Of a stretch of DNA of 64,000 bases, positions 39,543-52,949 are shown piece by piece. The DNA comes from Coriobacteriales bacterium (GTDB taxonomy: Bacteria > Actinomycetota > Coriobacteriia > Coriobacteriales > UBA8131). Within the stretch, counting starts at the first letter, position 1, and the number at the start of each line of letters is the position of its first letter. The notes below the pieces were generated by a model. The model had not been told where the DNA came from, did not search any database, and saw only the letters and a list, made by a program, of their open reading frames with translations. Position numbers and translations under genes: made by a program. The stretch is from assembly GCA_031279835.1 (NCBI GenBank), contig JAITHV010000075.1, forward strand, positions 948 to 64,947. The letters are read 5' to 3'.

Positions 39543-40970
39543 CGCTCGCGCCTCGTCACCCTCGCGCTGGCGGATCTTCCTGTTGAGCTTGCGAAACTCA
39601 AGCAAGATCATGCCGCCTGCAGTCACTACCGAGAGCAAGTCGGCAGTCGGGTAGGTGTAGTAGATGGCCTGCAGCGGCGTGACGCCAAATACGGCGGGAA
39701 ACTCGGCAGCAATGTAGGGAAGCAGGTACATAAGCGGCACAAGGTACAGCACCTGGCGCGTGAGCGAGACGAACATCGAGCGAAACGGCTGCCCGCTTGA
39801 CTGGAAGTAGTTCGCGACGACCACCTGTAGCCCGACAAGCGGCATGAAGAACATCTGCACCTGCAAGGCGACTACCGTGAAGCTCTCCAACTCGCCGGTG
39901 ACCCCGAACAGGTGGACGATCGGCCAGGGCAGCAGGTGCACGAGCAGCCAGAAGAGAATCCCGATGACGATGACCCACACAAAAGAGATAGAGAGGGTCG
40001 ACTTGACGCGCCGGTAGTTCTTGGCGCCGTAGTTGTAGCCGAGTATAGGCTGTGCCGCCATTGCGACGCCGAGTATGGGGAAGAACGCGAACATCGCCAC
40101 ACGCTGTACCACCCCGATGGCGGCAATCGCCCCCGCAGACCCTATGGGGTCTAAGGCTCCGTAGAGCTTGAGCTGGTTGTTGAGGATGAAGCTCAGGACC
40201 GCCATGGCCATCTGGAGCACGAAGGTGGCGGCTCCGAGCGCCGTAATCGAGCCGACGAGGCGCGGAATCAGCCTGAAGTACCTGGCCTTGAGCTTGAAGG
40301 GCGCCCGCTTGGTAAAGATGAAGTACCAGAGCACGAGCGCCGCGCTGAAGCCCTGGCCGATCACCGTCGCCCAGGCCGAGCCGGCCATGCCCCAGCCGAG
40401 CACCATGACAAACAGGTAGTTGAGCACGATGCACACGAGCGTGCCCGCGACCATGGTGTACAACGCGCGGTTCGGGTCGCCTGCGGTGCGGATGAAGTTG
40501 TTGAACCCCATGCCGAGAAACTGGAGGATAAACCCAAGCGATATTATCCGCATGAACACATGTGAGTAATCCCAAGCCTCCTCCGTGGCACCGCTCAGCA
40601 TGAGAACCGGGTCCATGAACAGGTTGATCGCGACGGTGGCGGCAACGGCGATGATGATCGTGAGCGTAAAGCAGTTGCCGAGCACCTTTTCGGCGTCGTG
40701 CGACTTGCCTTCGCCGAGCCTGAGCGCAGCCAGGGCGTTGCCGCCGGCACCTATGAGAATGGCGAGCGACATGGCGAGGATCATGACGGGCATGGCGACC
40801 GTCACCGCCGTGAGGCCGTCCTCGCCGACGCCGTGCCCAATGAAAATGGAGTCGATGGTGTTGTACAGCCCGTTTACCACAAGACCAATGATGGCAGGTA
40901 TGGAAAACTCAACCATGAGCTTGCCGATCTTAGAGGTGCCGAGCTTATTAACCTGTGTGTGATTGTTCAT
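39528..40970 (-). CDS. MATE family efflux transporter
   Basis: 12-TM profile. KLMVEFSIPAIIGLVVNGLYNTIDSIFIGHGVG is the typical MATE N-terminus. Start at ATG 40970 avoids an overlap with birA. Confidence 0.85.
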   Translation of the reverse strand: MNNHTQVNKLGTSKIGKLMVEFSIPAIIGLVVNGLYNTIDSIFIGHGVGEDGLTAVTVAMPVMILAMSLAILIGAGGNALAALRLGEGKSHDAEKVLGNCFTLTIIIAVAATVAINLFMDPVLMLSGATEEAWDYSHVFMRIISLGFILQFLGMGFNNFIRTAGDPNRALYTMVAGTLVCIVLNYLFVMVLGWGMAGSAWATVIGQGFSAALVLWYFIFTKRAPFKLKARYFRLIPRLVGSITALGAATFVLQMAMAVLSFILNNQLKLYGALDPIGSAGAIAAIGVVQRVAMFAFFPILGVAMAAQPILGYNYGAKNYRRVKSTLSISFVWVIVIGILFWLLVHLLPWPIVHLFGVTGELESFTVVALQVQMFFMPLVGLQVVVANYFQSSGQPFRSMFVSLTRQVLYLVPLMYLLPYIAAEFPAVFGVTPLQAIYYTYPTADLLSVVTAGGMILLEFRKLNRKIRQREGDEARAAEAT

Positions 40971-40992
40971 TCGTCCAGTATACCGTAGGCCT

Positions 40993-41844
40993 TCAGGCTT
41001 TTTGAAGGGTTGCTTCACCAACGGTTACCGCGCAGACACCTAAAGGCGCCGCTGCGTTCTCAACGAGCAGCTGGCCGTCAAGCCCGACACCTTGCACGAG
41101 CCCCTCGGCCAGCACCATGCCGTCAGGGGACCTGACGCATACTTGCTTGTTTGCCAGTATATGATACTGTTCATATTCTTGTATAAATGGAGAGAAAGAG
41201 AACCCGGCCTCGTGCCAGTCGCCAAGACAGCGCAGCAAGCTGTTGATGACAAGCGCAGAGACTTCCTCGCGGCTGCACGAGGTACCGGGCGCAGCGGGAA
41301 GGTCGCTCAGGCAACACGCTGTGGACGGTAGGTGCTGACCGCCGAGACCGACGTTGACACATGCGCCCACATTGACGCCAACGCCCACAACGAGCCCCTG
41401 CGCACCAGAAGGGCACAGAGGCGAGGACTCTGCCAGGATGCCTGCGGCTTTGCCCTTTACGGCAACGATGTCGTTCGGCCACTTGATCAGCAGCCCTTCT
41501 ACGAGCCCTGCGAGAGCGCGCCGCGTGGCGACTGCCGCCACGAGCGATACCGCCCCCAGCCTCTCGGGGCCAGCTGGCACCGCAAGGGCCAGCGACAGGT
41601 ACACGCCGCCCGCTGGAGAAGACCAGCTGCGCCCGAGGCGGCCGCGCCCTGCGCCTTGTCGGGCGGCGACCACCGCCTGGGGCGCGATGCGACGCGCCGA
41701 AGGACGCGCTGCAGACGTAGCGCGCAAGGCTGACTTTGCCACGTCGTTCGTCGAGCCCACTTCCTCGAAGACCTGCAGCTCGATCGTGTCGTCAAGCAGC
41801 CCGCGCAGCACGTCAGCGCGCAGCGGCTGTGTTGTATTGGCCAT
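40993..41844 (-). CDS. birA: Biotin-[acetyl-CoA-carboxylase] ligase, class I (no HTH)
   Basis: QGAGRGRLGRSWSSPAGGVYLSLAL and KWPNDIV...GKAAGILAE. Confidence 0.85.
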   Translation of the reverse strand: MANTTQPLRADVLRGLLDDTIELQVFEEVGSTNDVAKSALRATSAARPSARRIAPQAVVAARQGAGRGRLGRSWSSPAGGVYLSLALAVPAGPERLGAVSLVAAVATRRALAGLVEGLLIKWPNDIVAVKGKAAGILAESSPLCPSGAQGLVVGVGVNVGACVNVGLGGQHLPSTACCLSDLPAAPGTSCSREEVSALVINSLLRCLGDWHEAGFSFSPFIQEYEQYHILANKQVCVRSPDGMVLAEGLVQGVGLDGQLLVENAAAPLGVCAVTVGEATLQKA

Positions 41845-41942
41845 GCCTTCAAAGCCTCCCGTCTGTGCATGCTCGCGTCGCCCGACACGTCGCCCGGGCG
41901 CTCAGAGCCGGTTCACGGAGGATTGTACCCTATAATTGTCCC

Positions 41943-44366
41943 ATGACATCATTTGAGTACATACTGGTCATGCTCGTTGCCGTTCTTGTCTCCAGCCTCA
42001 TCAGCCAGAGGTTCGCCAAGCTGTCGACGCCGATCATCCAAATAGCCTTGGGCGTGGCCATAGCGCTCGTGCCCTTCTTTCATTTTGACATGTCGCTTGA
42101 GCCGGAGCTGTTCTTGGTCCTCTTCATCGCGCCGCTGTTGTTCGAGGACGCCAAGCGGGCCGAGAAGCCTACGCTCTGGCGGCTCAAGCGCCCCATACTC
42201 CTGCTTGCCCTCGGGCTCGTCTTTGTGACCTGTCTGGCCGTCGGCGGCTTTGTCCATGCCACGTTGCCGGCCATTCCGCTTGCGGCCGCCTTTGCGCTCG
42301 CTGCCGCGCTCGCCCCTACTGACGCTGTTGCCGTCGGGTCGCTCGAGGAGACCGCCGACATCGGCGAGGACAAGCGCGCGCTGCTGCAAGGCGAGGCGCT
42401 CTTCAACGACGCGTCTTCTATCGTCTGCTTTCAGTTCGCGCTTGCAGCGCTCGCCGTGGGGCCGTTCGCTGCGACAAGCGGCTCAGGCGAAGTCGCCTTC
42501 GTCGGCAGCATCGTCACCACCTTCCTGTTCATGTTCCTCGGCGGCGTGGCCGTCGGCGCGACGGCCATGGGGCTGCGCGCGCTGTTGGTGCGCTTTTTGA
42601 AGGCGGCAGGCGTGGAGAGCATAACCTTTCACGTGCTCTTCGAGGTCATTACGCCCTTCATCGTCTTTTTGGCCGCAGAGGCCGTCGGCGTCAGCGGCAT
42701 CATCGCGGTGGTCGTCGCAGGCATTGCCTACTCGATCCGCAGGCGGCGCCAGACCCCCAGCGCGGCGCGACACCACATCGTGTCGACGAGTGTCTGGAGC
42801 GTGGCCAGCTTTACCTTGAACGGCATTGTCTTCCTCATCCTCGGGACCCAGCTCCCCCATGTCATCGGGCGCGTCTGGGCCGGCTCCGGAGCCGACTTCG
42901 GCGTGGTCGCCGTCATGATAGCGCTGTTTTTATTTGCTATCATGTTCATACGTTTTGCCTGGGTCTTCGTGGTGAACCGCAACGCGCCGCTCGCGCTTGA
43001 GGCGCTCGAGGCGCTTAAAGCTCAGGCGACAAGCGCGGCCGCCCAAGAAGGCGCGGCCGTTGACGGCGTTTCCGCCGCACGCGAAGGCGTGGCCGTTCAC
43101 GCCGATCCCGCCGACCTGCTCCTCGCTGAGGAGGGCGCCACCGGACGGGAGCTGGTCGAGGCTCGAGCCGAGTCGGCCGTTTTCACCTTCGAGGAACTGG
43201 CGGCACGGCGCGCCGAGGAGCGCCGGACGCAACGCTCGGGGTCGCAAGACGAGCGTCGGCGCCAGCGCCACGCCCGACTCGCCGAACAGCGAGGCCGCGC
43301 CGCCGCAGAGCGCACGTCGCAAGGCTACCTTCGAGCACACGCGCGCGACGCCCTTGTCCTCACCTTGACCGGCGTCAAGGGCGCCATCTCGCTTGCCCTG
43401 CTGCTCACCATCCCCCTCACGCTTCAAGACGGCACAACCCCCTTCCCCGAGCGTGACTTGCTGCTGCTGCTCGCCTCAGGAATCATCATCGCCTCTCTGG
43501 TGCTCGCCAACATCCTCGTCCCGCTCGTCTCGCCCCGAAAAGCACGGCCTATAGCCTCGGACGACGAGATCGCGGCCATCCTCGACATCTACCGCAGCGT
43601 CCTGCACACGCTCATGCAAAACACCGCGCCAGCCGACAAGGCGGCGGCCGAGGAGGTCATCCGCCTCTACAGCAGCCGGTTGTTGCAGCTCAAGAGCACG
43701 CGGGCCGTCTCGGACCCGGCAGAAGACGACCTCCGAAAGCAGATAATCCAGTGGGAGCTCGACTACACCCTGCGCCTGGTTGACATCGACCGGCTGAACC
43801 CCCTGCTCGGCTCGGCGTACGTCTACCAGCTCGGGCGCGTCCTTGCCCGACTCGAGCATCATGGCGAGACCACGTGGGTGGCGCGCAACATCTTCTTGCA
43901 GATCGCCCATGGGCTGCGCGAGGCGCGCACCTACCGTCGCAGTCACCCCGAGGCATTCAAGGCCGAGAAGCGCCTCGGCAAGCGCAAGACGGCGCATATT
44001 CTCCAAGAGCTCCAGCGCGAGAACTACCAGCATGTCGTTGAGCGGCTCGAGGCCATGCTCAAGCAGCCGGATGCGCCGACACGGGTAGTCACGCTCGTGC
44101 TCAATGACTTCAAGCGGCGGCTCATGCGCTTTGAGGTCATGGACGCGCGGCGCAGGCACAGGCGCGGGCAGCTACTGTCAGACAACGGCCAGCAGCGCGC
44201 TGCATATGAGGAGAAGGTGCTTGCCATCAACGAGCAGGCGCTGCGCTACGAGCGCGACGCCATCAATGCGGCGCTCGTAGAAGGCCGCATCTCTCCTGCG
44301 GCAGCGCAGCGGCTTCGTGATACTGTCACCCTGATGGAACTCGACATTGAGGGGCAACTCGAATAA
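41943..44366 (+). CDS. CPA1 (NhaP-type) Na+/H+ antiporter with a long cytoplasmic C-terminal region
   Basis: N-terminal multi-TM domain (FIAPLLFEDA..., LAPTDAVAV, GEALFNDASSIV) followed by an Arg/Glu-rich helical tail of about 350 aa. Start at ATG 41943; the longer ORF overlaps birA. Confidence 0.8.
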   Translation: MTSFEYILVMLVAVLVSSLISQRFAKLSTPIIQIALGVAIALVPFFHFDMSLEPELFLVLFIAPLLFEDAKRAEKPTLWRLKRPILLLALGLVFVTCLAVGGFVHATLPAIPLAAAFALAAALAPTDAVAVGSLEETADIGEDKRALLQGEALFNDASSIVCFQFALAALAVGPFAATSGSGEVAFVGSIVTTFLFMFLGGVAVGATAMGLRALLVRFLKAAGVESITFHVLFEVITPFIVFLAAEAVGVSGIIAVVVAGIAYSIRRRRQTPSAARHHIVSTSVWSVASFTLNGIVFLILGTQLPHVIGRVWAGSGADFGVVAVMIALFLFAIMFIRFAWVFVVNRNAPLALEALEALKAQATSAAAQEGAAVDGVSAAREGVAVHADPADLLLAEEGATGRELVEARAESAVFTFEELAARRAEERRTQRSGSQDERRRQRHARLAEQRGRAAAERTSQGYLRAHARDALVLTLTGVKGAISLALLLTIPLTLQDGTTPFPERDLLLLLASGIIIASLVLANILVPLVSPRKARPIASDDEIAAILDIYRSVLHTLMQNTAPADKAAAEEVIRLYSSRLLQLKSTRAVSDPAEDDLRKQIIQWELDYTLRLVDIDRLNPLLGSAYVYQLGRVLARLEHHGETTWVARNIFLQIAHGLREARTYRRSHPEAFKAEKRLGKRKTAHILQELQRENYQHVVERLEAMLKQPDAPTRVVTLVLNDFKRRLMRFEVMDARRRHRRGQLLSDNGQQRAAYEEKVLAINEQALRYERDAINAALVEGRISPAAAQRLRDTVTLMELDIEGQLE

Positions 44367-44386
44367 ACTGGTGACGTGCATCGTGT

Positions 44387-44460
44387 TGGGGTATCGTCCA
44401 ACGGCAGGACTCTGGTTTTTGGTGCCAGCTATCTAGGTTCGAATCCTGGTACCCCAGCCA
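44387..44460 (+). tRNA. tRNA-Gln (anticodon UUG), CCA encoded
   Basis: Manual cloverleaf: acceptor TGGGGTA/TACCCCA, D arm GTCC-AACGGCA-GGAC, anticodon arm CTGGT-TTTTGGT-GCCAG (U33, UUG at 34-36), T arm CTAGG-TTCGAAT-CCTGG, then GCCA. The ends resemble E. coli tRNA-Gln. Confidence 0.93.
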
Positions 44461-44597
44461 TTTGCATACGGGCATGGCCCAAGACTTTGCGTCAGCCCAA
44501 CGGGTGGGGAGCAATGCGGTGCGTCGAGACAACGCGCCTGCCGTCACGATTGCTGAGGCCGCAGGCTAAGCGTACCTTGTTGGGGAGAATAACCAGC

Positions 44598-48461
<3,864 letters not shown>

Positions 48462-48511
48462 CGGGGTGAAGCGCGAGGGTCACCTTGCGCCGGCGCGCCT
48501 TGCGCCTTACG

Positions 48512-51500
48512 CTACTCCACCGACTTCAACGAGGTCACCGGGTCGATGCGCCTCAGGCGGGGCAGCATGGCGACGAAGAGCAGCGCGCTGCACAGCACGG
48601 TGAACAGCGCGGCAAGCATGAAGCTCTGTGGACGGATCACACGAGTGAACATAAGCTCACCCATGTCTAGAGTTCCCATCACGAACTCATGGAGGAAGAC
48701 GCCCCCGACAAGTCCGAGCGCGAGCCCTATCAGCATCAGGATGGCGACCTCACGGTAGATGTACCCTGCGACTTCTCGCTGGTAGTACCCGATGACCTTG
48801 AGTGTCGCAAGCTCGCGCATGCGCTCGGTAATATTGAGGTTGACAAGGTTGTACAGCACCACGAAGGTCAGCACGCAGCAGACGGCCACCATGAACCAAA
48901 CCACATACAGCATGTTCTCAGTCACCTCGTCCACCAGCGTCTCGAGCATCGAGACGGGCTGCGAGAGCGCTATCATCTTGGTCTTCAAGAGCTCGGCCGT
49001 GAGGGCGTCAAGCTCGCTGTCAGTCAGGTCCGCCTTGAGCAGCACCGTCGCATACGGAGGGTCTTCTCCGTAGAGGGCGTAAAAATCCTCGGGCGTTATG
49101 AAGACGAAGTTGTACAGGTAGTTCTCCATCACCCCTGAGACCACGAGGTCCTTGGCTGGCTGCCCCGTGCGCTCGCAGTGCACGACGTCGCCAACGCCGA
49201 CGCCTAACACCCGCGACAGGCGCTCCGAGATGACCGCTCGGGGAAGAGAGTCGATGTCAGCGTCGGCCGACGCACCTTGTGCGCCGTCGGCCTCCATGAC
49301 GAGCTTTGGGGGGGGCGGGGGCGGAAACTCCAAAGGCGCGTGCCCGTTGCGCTCGCGGAAAGTGAGGAAGCCCTTGATAGCCTCAGAGTCCTCGACGACG
49401 TAGAGGTAGGTGATAAACCCCGCGCTCGACCGCCCGTTGGCCGAGGCCTCAAGCCCCGACGCGAAGGCGTACGCGCTCTCGTAGTCGCTAAGCCGCCTGT
49501 TGAGTTCGGTGTCGGCCGAGCTTGACGACGGCTCGCGCAGTGTGAACGCCGCCTCGTAGTGTGCGATCTCGCCGAACTGGACTTGGGCGACCGACCCGAT
49601 GGAGTCCAGCACGCCAAACACCGTCACGAGCAACGCCACCGAGCCCGTCACCCCGGTGATGGTCATCACAAGGCGCTTCTTGTAGCGGATCAGGTTGCGC
49701 AAAGTCACCCGGCCTTTAAAGCCGATGCGCCGCCACACTATGCCCACGCGCTCCAAGAACACCCGGCTGCCTGCACGAGGCGAGCCGGGTCGCATAAGCA
49801 CCGACGCAGAGCTGTAGAGGCTCGAGCGACAGGCGAAGTAGGTGACGACCGCGATCACCACGGCGCCGCCGAGCAGCCCAATTATGCAGGGTATCACCGC
49901 AGGGACAAGCTCGAACCCGTTGACCGGGTAGTTGCTCACGTACATGCTCCAAATGAGGCGCGGGATGACGAGCACTCCAAGCGCCACGCCTATCACGCCG
50001 CCTGGCAGCCCCATCGCCCAGGGGAAGAACTGGTACATGGACCCAATGGCGTCCTCAGTGAACCCGAGCGCCTTCAACGTGCCGATCTGGCTGCGCTGCT
50101 CCTCGACCATGCGCGCCATGGTCGTCAGGCACACAAGCGCCGCGATCACAAAGAAGAAGTACGGGATGACGAGCGAGAGCATGGTGATGCGCTCGGCGTT
50201 TGACTTGAAGTCCGAGAAGCCCGGCAACTCGCTGCGCGCCTGCAGCAGCCAGGTGGGCGGCCCAATCTCAGAAACCACCTTCCGGGCGGAGTCCAGGTCT
50301 GCCTGGAGCGCCTCGATAGCCGTGTTCGCCTCCTCAGACTGGTTCTGATAGCTTGACTCTCCTTGCTCAAGGGCGCTCTTGCTGCGGTCGAGCTCGGATC
50401 GAGAGCTGCTGAGCTTTCTCTCGTTTTCGTCTATCTCTTCCGCCGCCTTGCGGTACTTCTCCATGCCTGACGCGTACTCGGCGTCTTTTTGCTCCAATTG
50501 CCCACGCGACGCGAGCAGCTCGCGCTCGCTGGCAACAATCTGCTGTTGGAGCCCGCCGATCTGAGGGACCAGCGCTTCGAGCTGTGCCTGTATCTGTGCC
50601 AAGACCGCCGGGTTGGTCTCCCCGGTCATAGCGGCTATGAGGGCGTCACGCTGCGACTCAAGCTGCCCAAGCGCCTGCTTGGCGCCCGCAAGCTGCTTGT
50701 TGCCGGCGTCATAGGTCGCCCATCCGTCGTCCAGGGCTTTTTTTGCCGCCTTGAGCTCGCGCTCGCTCTCGTCAAGCTCTCGTTTTGCCTGCTCCAAGTC
50801 ACTGACGCCTTTTTGGTACGCCTCCTCGCCTGAGTGGATCTCGTCTTGGGCCGCGCTCAGCTTTTCACGGGCGTCTGCCAGCTCCTTGTCTGCCTCTGAC
50901 CGGGCTGAGTCGATCTCGCCGGCAGCCGAGTCGACCTGCTCGTTGACTGCCTGTCGCATCTCGTTTTGGCGTACTTTGGCACGCTGCTGGCAGAATGCCT
51001 CCAGAGACGCGTACTTCCTGTCGATGACGCCGGTGTACTCGTCTGAGAACGAGGGTACGCCTGCGGTGTCGGCAAGCCGCAACCCGATCACCGTGTAGTA
51101 ATCGCTCGTGAACGTCGAGGCGGGCACGTAGAGAAAGCCGGAGACCCTTCCCGATCCGATCGTCGCAGAGCCCCGCGTGTTCGATATGTACAAAGGCGTC
51201 CGCGCCTTGCCCACGACGGTGAGCATCGTCTGAGACACCAAGTCAAGGCTGGTGGGGTCGTTCTCGCCGTTGAACGTCACGACGTCGCCGACCACCAACG
51301 CCGAGTCTGCGTCCGCAACGCACTCGCCCTGCGCGAGCGGCATCCTTCCTGCCGTCAGCTTCAGCCGCGAGATCCCCGTCTGCGGGTCATGGGCCTCGCC
51401 GTTGCAGACCTCGTCAGGCAGGCTGAGCAGGGCATAGACGAGCACTTCTTCGTTATGCCGCGCCGAGATGTTGACGGCATAGCCTGGCTCGACCTCGAGC

Positions 51501-51745
51501 ACGCCTGGCTGGGCGGCAAGCGCCTCGACGTCGGCCGCGGTTATCCCCATGTCGCAAAACAGGCGGTAGTCAGACAGGTTGCGGTCCTCGAGGTAGCCGC
51601 TCATCGTCTGAAGCATGCTCGGCGCCGCTGACTGAAAGCCTGCCAAGACCGCCGCGCCAAGCGCGACCAGCACCATGAGCGAGACGAAGCGCCCGGGGGT
51701 GCGCGCCAGCTGCCGACGCGTCATCTTGCGCAGGGAGCGGCTCAT
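48512..51745 (-). CDS. MacB/FtsX-type ABC permease (1077 aa, two FtsX modules) with a very long coiled-coil ectodomain
   Basis: The start MSRSLRKMTRRQLARTPGRF at ATG 51745 overlaps the ATPase stop (ATGA). Two FtsX-type TM bundles. Approximately aa 250-495 is heptad-rich. The track ORF extends falsely to 52339 across the ATPase gene. Confidence 0.85.
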   Translation of the reverse strand: MSRSLRKMTRRQLARTPGRFVSLMVLVALGAAVLAGFQSAAPSMLQTMSGYLEDRNLSDYRLFCDMGITAADVEALAAQPGVLEVEPGYAVNISARHNEEVLVYALLSLPDEVCNGEAHDPQTGISRLKLTAGRMPLAQGECVADADSALVVGDVVTFNGENDPTSLDLVSQTMLTVVGKARTPLYISNTRGSATIGSGRVSGFLYVPASTFTSDYYTVIGLRLADTAGVPSFSDEYTGVIDRKYASLEAFCQQRAKVRQNEMRQAVNEQVDSAAGEIDSARSEADKELADAREKLSAAQDEIHSGEEAYQKGVSDLEQAKRELDESERELKAAKKALDDGWATYDAGNKQLAGAKQALGQLESQRDALIAAMTGETNPAVLAQIQAQLEALVPQIGGLQQQIVASERELLASRGQLEQKDAEYASGMEKYRKAAEEIDENERKLSSSRSELDRSKSALEQGESSYQNQSEEANTAIEALQADLDSARKVVSEIGPPTWLLQARSELPGFSDFKSNAERITMLSLVIPYFFFVIAALVCLTTMARMVEEQRSQIGTLKALGFTEDAIGSMYQFFPWAMGLPGGVIGVALGVLVIPRLIWSMYVSNYPVNGFELVPAVIPCIIGLLGGAVVIAVVTYFACRSSLYSSASVLMRPGSPRAGSRVFLERVGIVWRRIGFKGRVTLRNLIRYKKRLVMTITGVTGSVALLVTVFGVLDSIGSVAQVQFGEIAHYEAAFTLREPSSSSADTELNRRLSDYESAYAFASGLEASANGRSSAGFITYLYVVEDSEAIKGFLTFRERNGHAPLEFPPPPPPKLVMEADGAQGASADADIDSLPRAVISERLSRVLGVGVGDVVHCERTGQPAKDLVVSGVMENYLYNFVFITPEDFYALYGEDPPYATVLLKADLTDSELDALTAELLKTKMIALSQPVSMLETLVDEVTENMLYVVWFMVAVCCVLTFVVLYNLVNLNITERMRELATLKVIGYYQREVAGYIYREVAILMLIGLALGLVGGVFLHEFVMGTLDMGELMFTRVIRPQSFMLAALFTVLCSALLFVAMLPRLRRIDPVTSLKSVE

Positions 51746-52446
51746 GTGGCCAGGTCCTCGGCCTTGCGAGGCGACAGGTTCTTCACGAGACTGTCTATCT
51801 GGCCGTTTCGGACGGTGATGACTTTTTGCGCCAGCTCCGTGATGTCGTTGTTGTGGGTAATGAGCACGACGGTCATGCCCGAGTCCTCGCTCGTCTTTTG
51901 GAGCAGCGAGAGTATCTGGATGCCCGTGGCCTCGTCGAGCGCGCCAGTTGGCTCGTCGCACAGCAGCAGCTTGGGGTTCTTCACGAGGGCGCGGGCGATG
52001 GCGACACGCTGCTGCTCGCCGCCAGAAAGCTGCGAGGGAAAGCTGTTCATGCGATGCGAGAGCTCGACGGCGTCGAGCATCGCGCGCGGCGATGCCGGTC
52101 GCTTGCACACCTCGGCGGCAAGCTCGACGTTCTCGAGCGCGGTCAAGTTGGGGATAAGGTTGTAGAACTGGAACACGAAGCCGACGCTGTTGCGGCGATA
52201 CGATGCCAGCCGCCGCTCGTTGTAGCGGGTGATTTCTTCCCCGTCCACGGTGACAGTGCCCGAAGAGCGCCGGTCGATGCCGCCCAAAATGTTCAGGATG
52301 GTAGTCTTGCCGGCCCCCGATGGACCAACGATGGCACAAAACTCGCCCTGCTCAACGATCAGGCTCACTTCTTTGAGCGCAGTGGCCTTCGTCTCGCCCT
52401 GCCGATACACTTTTGACACATCACGAAACTCAATATAAGGCGCCAT
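51742..52446 (-). CDS. ABC transporter ATP-binding protein (MacB/LolD-like)
   Basis: GPSGAGKTT, LSGGEQQRVAIARAL, LLLCDEPTGALD. Confidence 0.92.
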   Translation of the reverse strand: MAPYIEFRDVSKVYRQGETKATALKEVSLIVEQGEFCAIVGPSGAGKTTILNILGGIDRRSSGTVTVDGEEITRYNERRLASYRRNSVGFVFQFYNLIPNLTALENVELAAEVCKRPASPRAMLDAVELSHRMNSFPSQLSGGEQQRVAIARALVKNPKLLLCDEPTGALDEATGIQILSLLQKTSEDSGMTVVLITHNNDITELAQKVITVRNGQIDSLVKNLSPRKAEDLAT

Positions 52447-52760
52447 GCCCCTCCCTCATATTTCCCTTGTCCGCACGACACGCCAAAAAGACCTGCTCGC
52501 CAGTCCGCTTGGATGCCTCGTCATATGCTCGTAGCTATGCTAGCAAAGACCAGGTTCATTAACAAGGGGTCCTTTTCTCGCAATTTGTGAGCTTGTGGAT
52601 GACTTTGGGCCACAGGACGCTCGCTCACCAAGCTCACGCCAGCGTCACTGTTCATGGCAGACTCCCATCTAACTTCACTGATTGCTCGGGGGGGGACGGC
52701 GGCATTGTCCGCACGATGCGCTGGCAGGTCCTTGAGGTGGACCCTGCGACTACGGCGCTT

Positions 52761-52826
52761 CGCGCCTTTGCACAGGATGACGAGCTGCGAACATGCCCCT
52801 CGTCCGTCATCCTGCGCAAAGGCGCG
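52761..52826. repeat. Long inverted repeat (22-bp arms, 1 mismatch, 22-nt spacer) in the divergent control region
   Basis: Left arm CGCGCCTTTGCACAGGATGACG (52761-52782) and right arm CGTCATCCTGCGCAAAGGCGCG (52805-52826), with a single A/C mismatch. Confidence 0.8.
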
Positions 52827-52949
52827 CGCAGTTGTCGTCAGGGGCCTCCAACGGTATCATTGTCGCTGAAGAGTTACACGGGCGCTTCACGTCATCTGTC
52901 GGCCTCAGGGTCAGGCGTGCCCGAAAAGCCAGCGAGAAAAGGGGTTGCC

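Noticed and set aside
41736-41942. N-terminal 69 codons of the 876-aa antiporter ORF
   Set aside because: It overlaps the birA start region on the opposite strand and is Arg/Ala-rich. The first TM helix starts right after ATG 41943.
44376-44597. N-terminal 74 codons of the 1361-aa track ORF
   Set aside because: This stretch reads straight through the tRNA-Gln gene (44387-44460). The kinase must start downstream (44514, 44598 or 44625).
51746-52339. N-terminal 198 codons of the 1275-aa track ORF (permease)
   Set aside because: It is an out-of-frame overlap with the well-supported ABC ATPase gene. The sequence is Arg/His/Pro-rich nonsense. A proper start (MSRSLRK..., ATGA overlap with the ATPase stop) exists at 51745.
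52587-52949. Upstream 121 codons in frame with the ACP gene
   Set aside because: The translation (…HGRLPSNFTDCSGGDGGIVRTMRWQV…) has no ACP or other domain features. A good RBS plus ATG at 52950 gives a canonical 98-aa ACP. I kept only a note that the frame is open.
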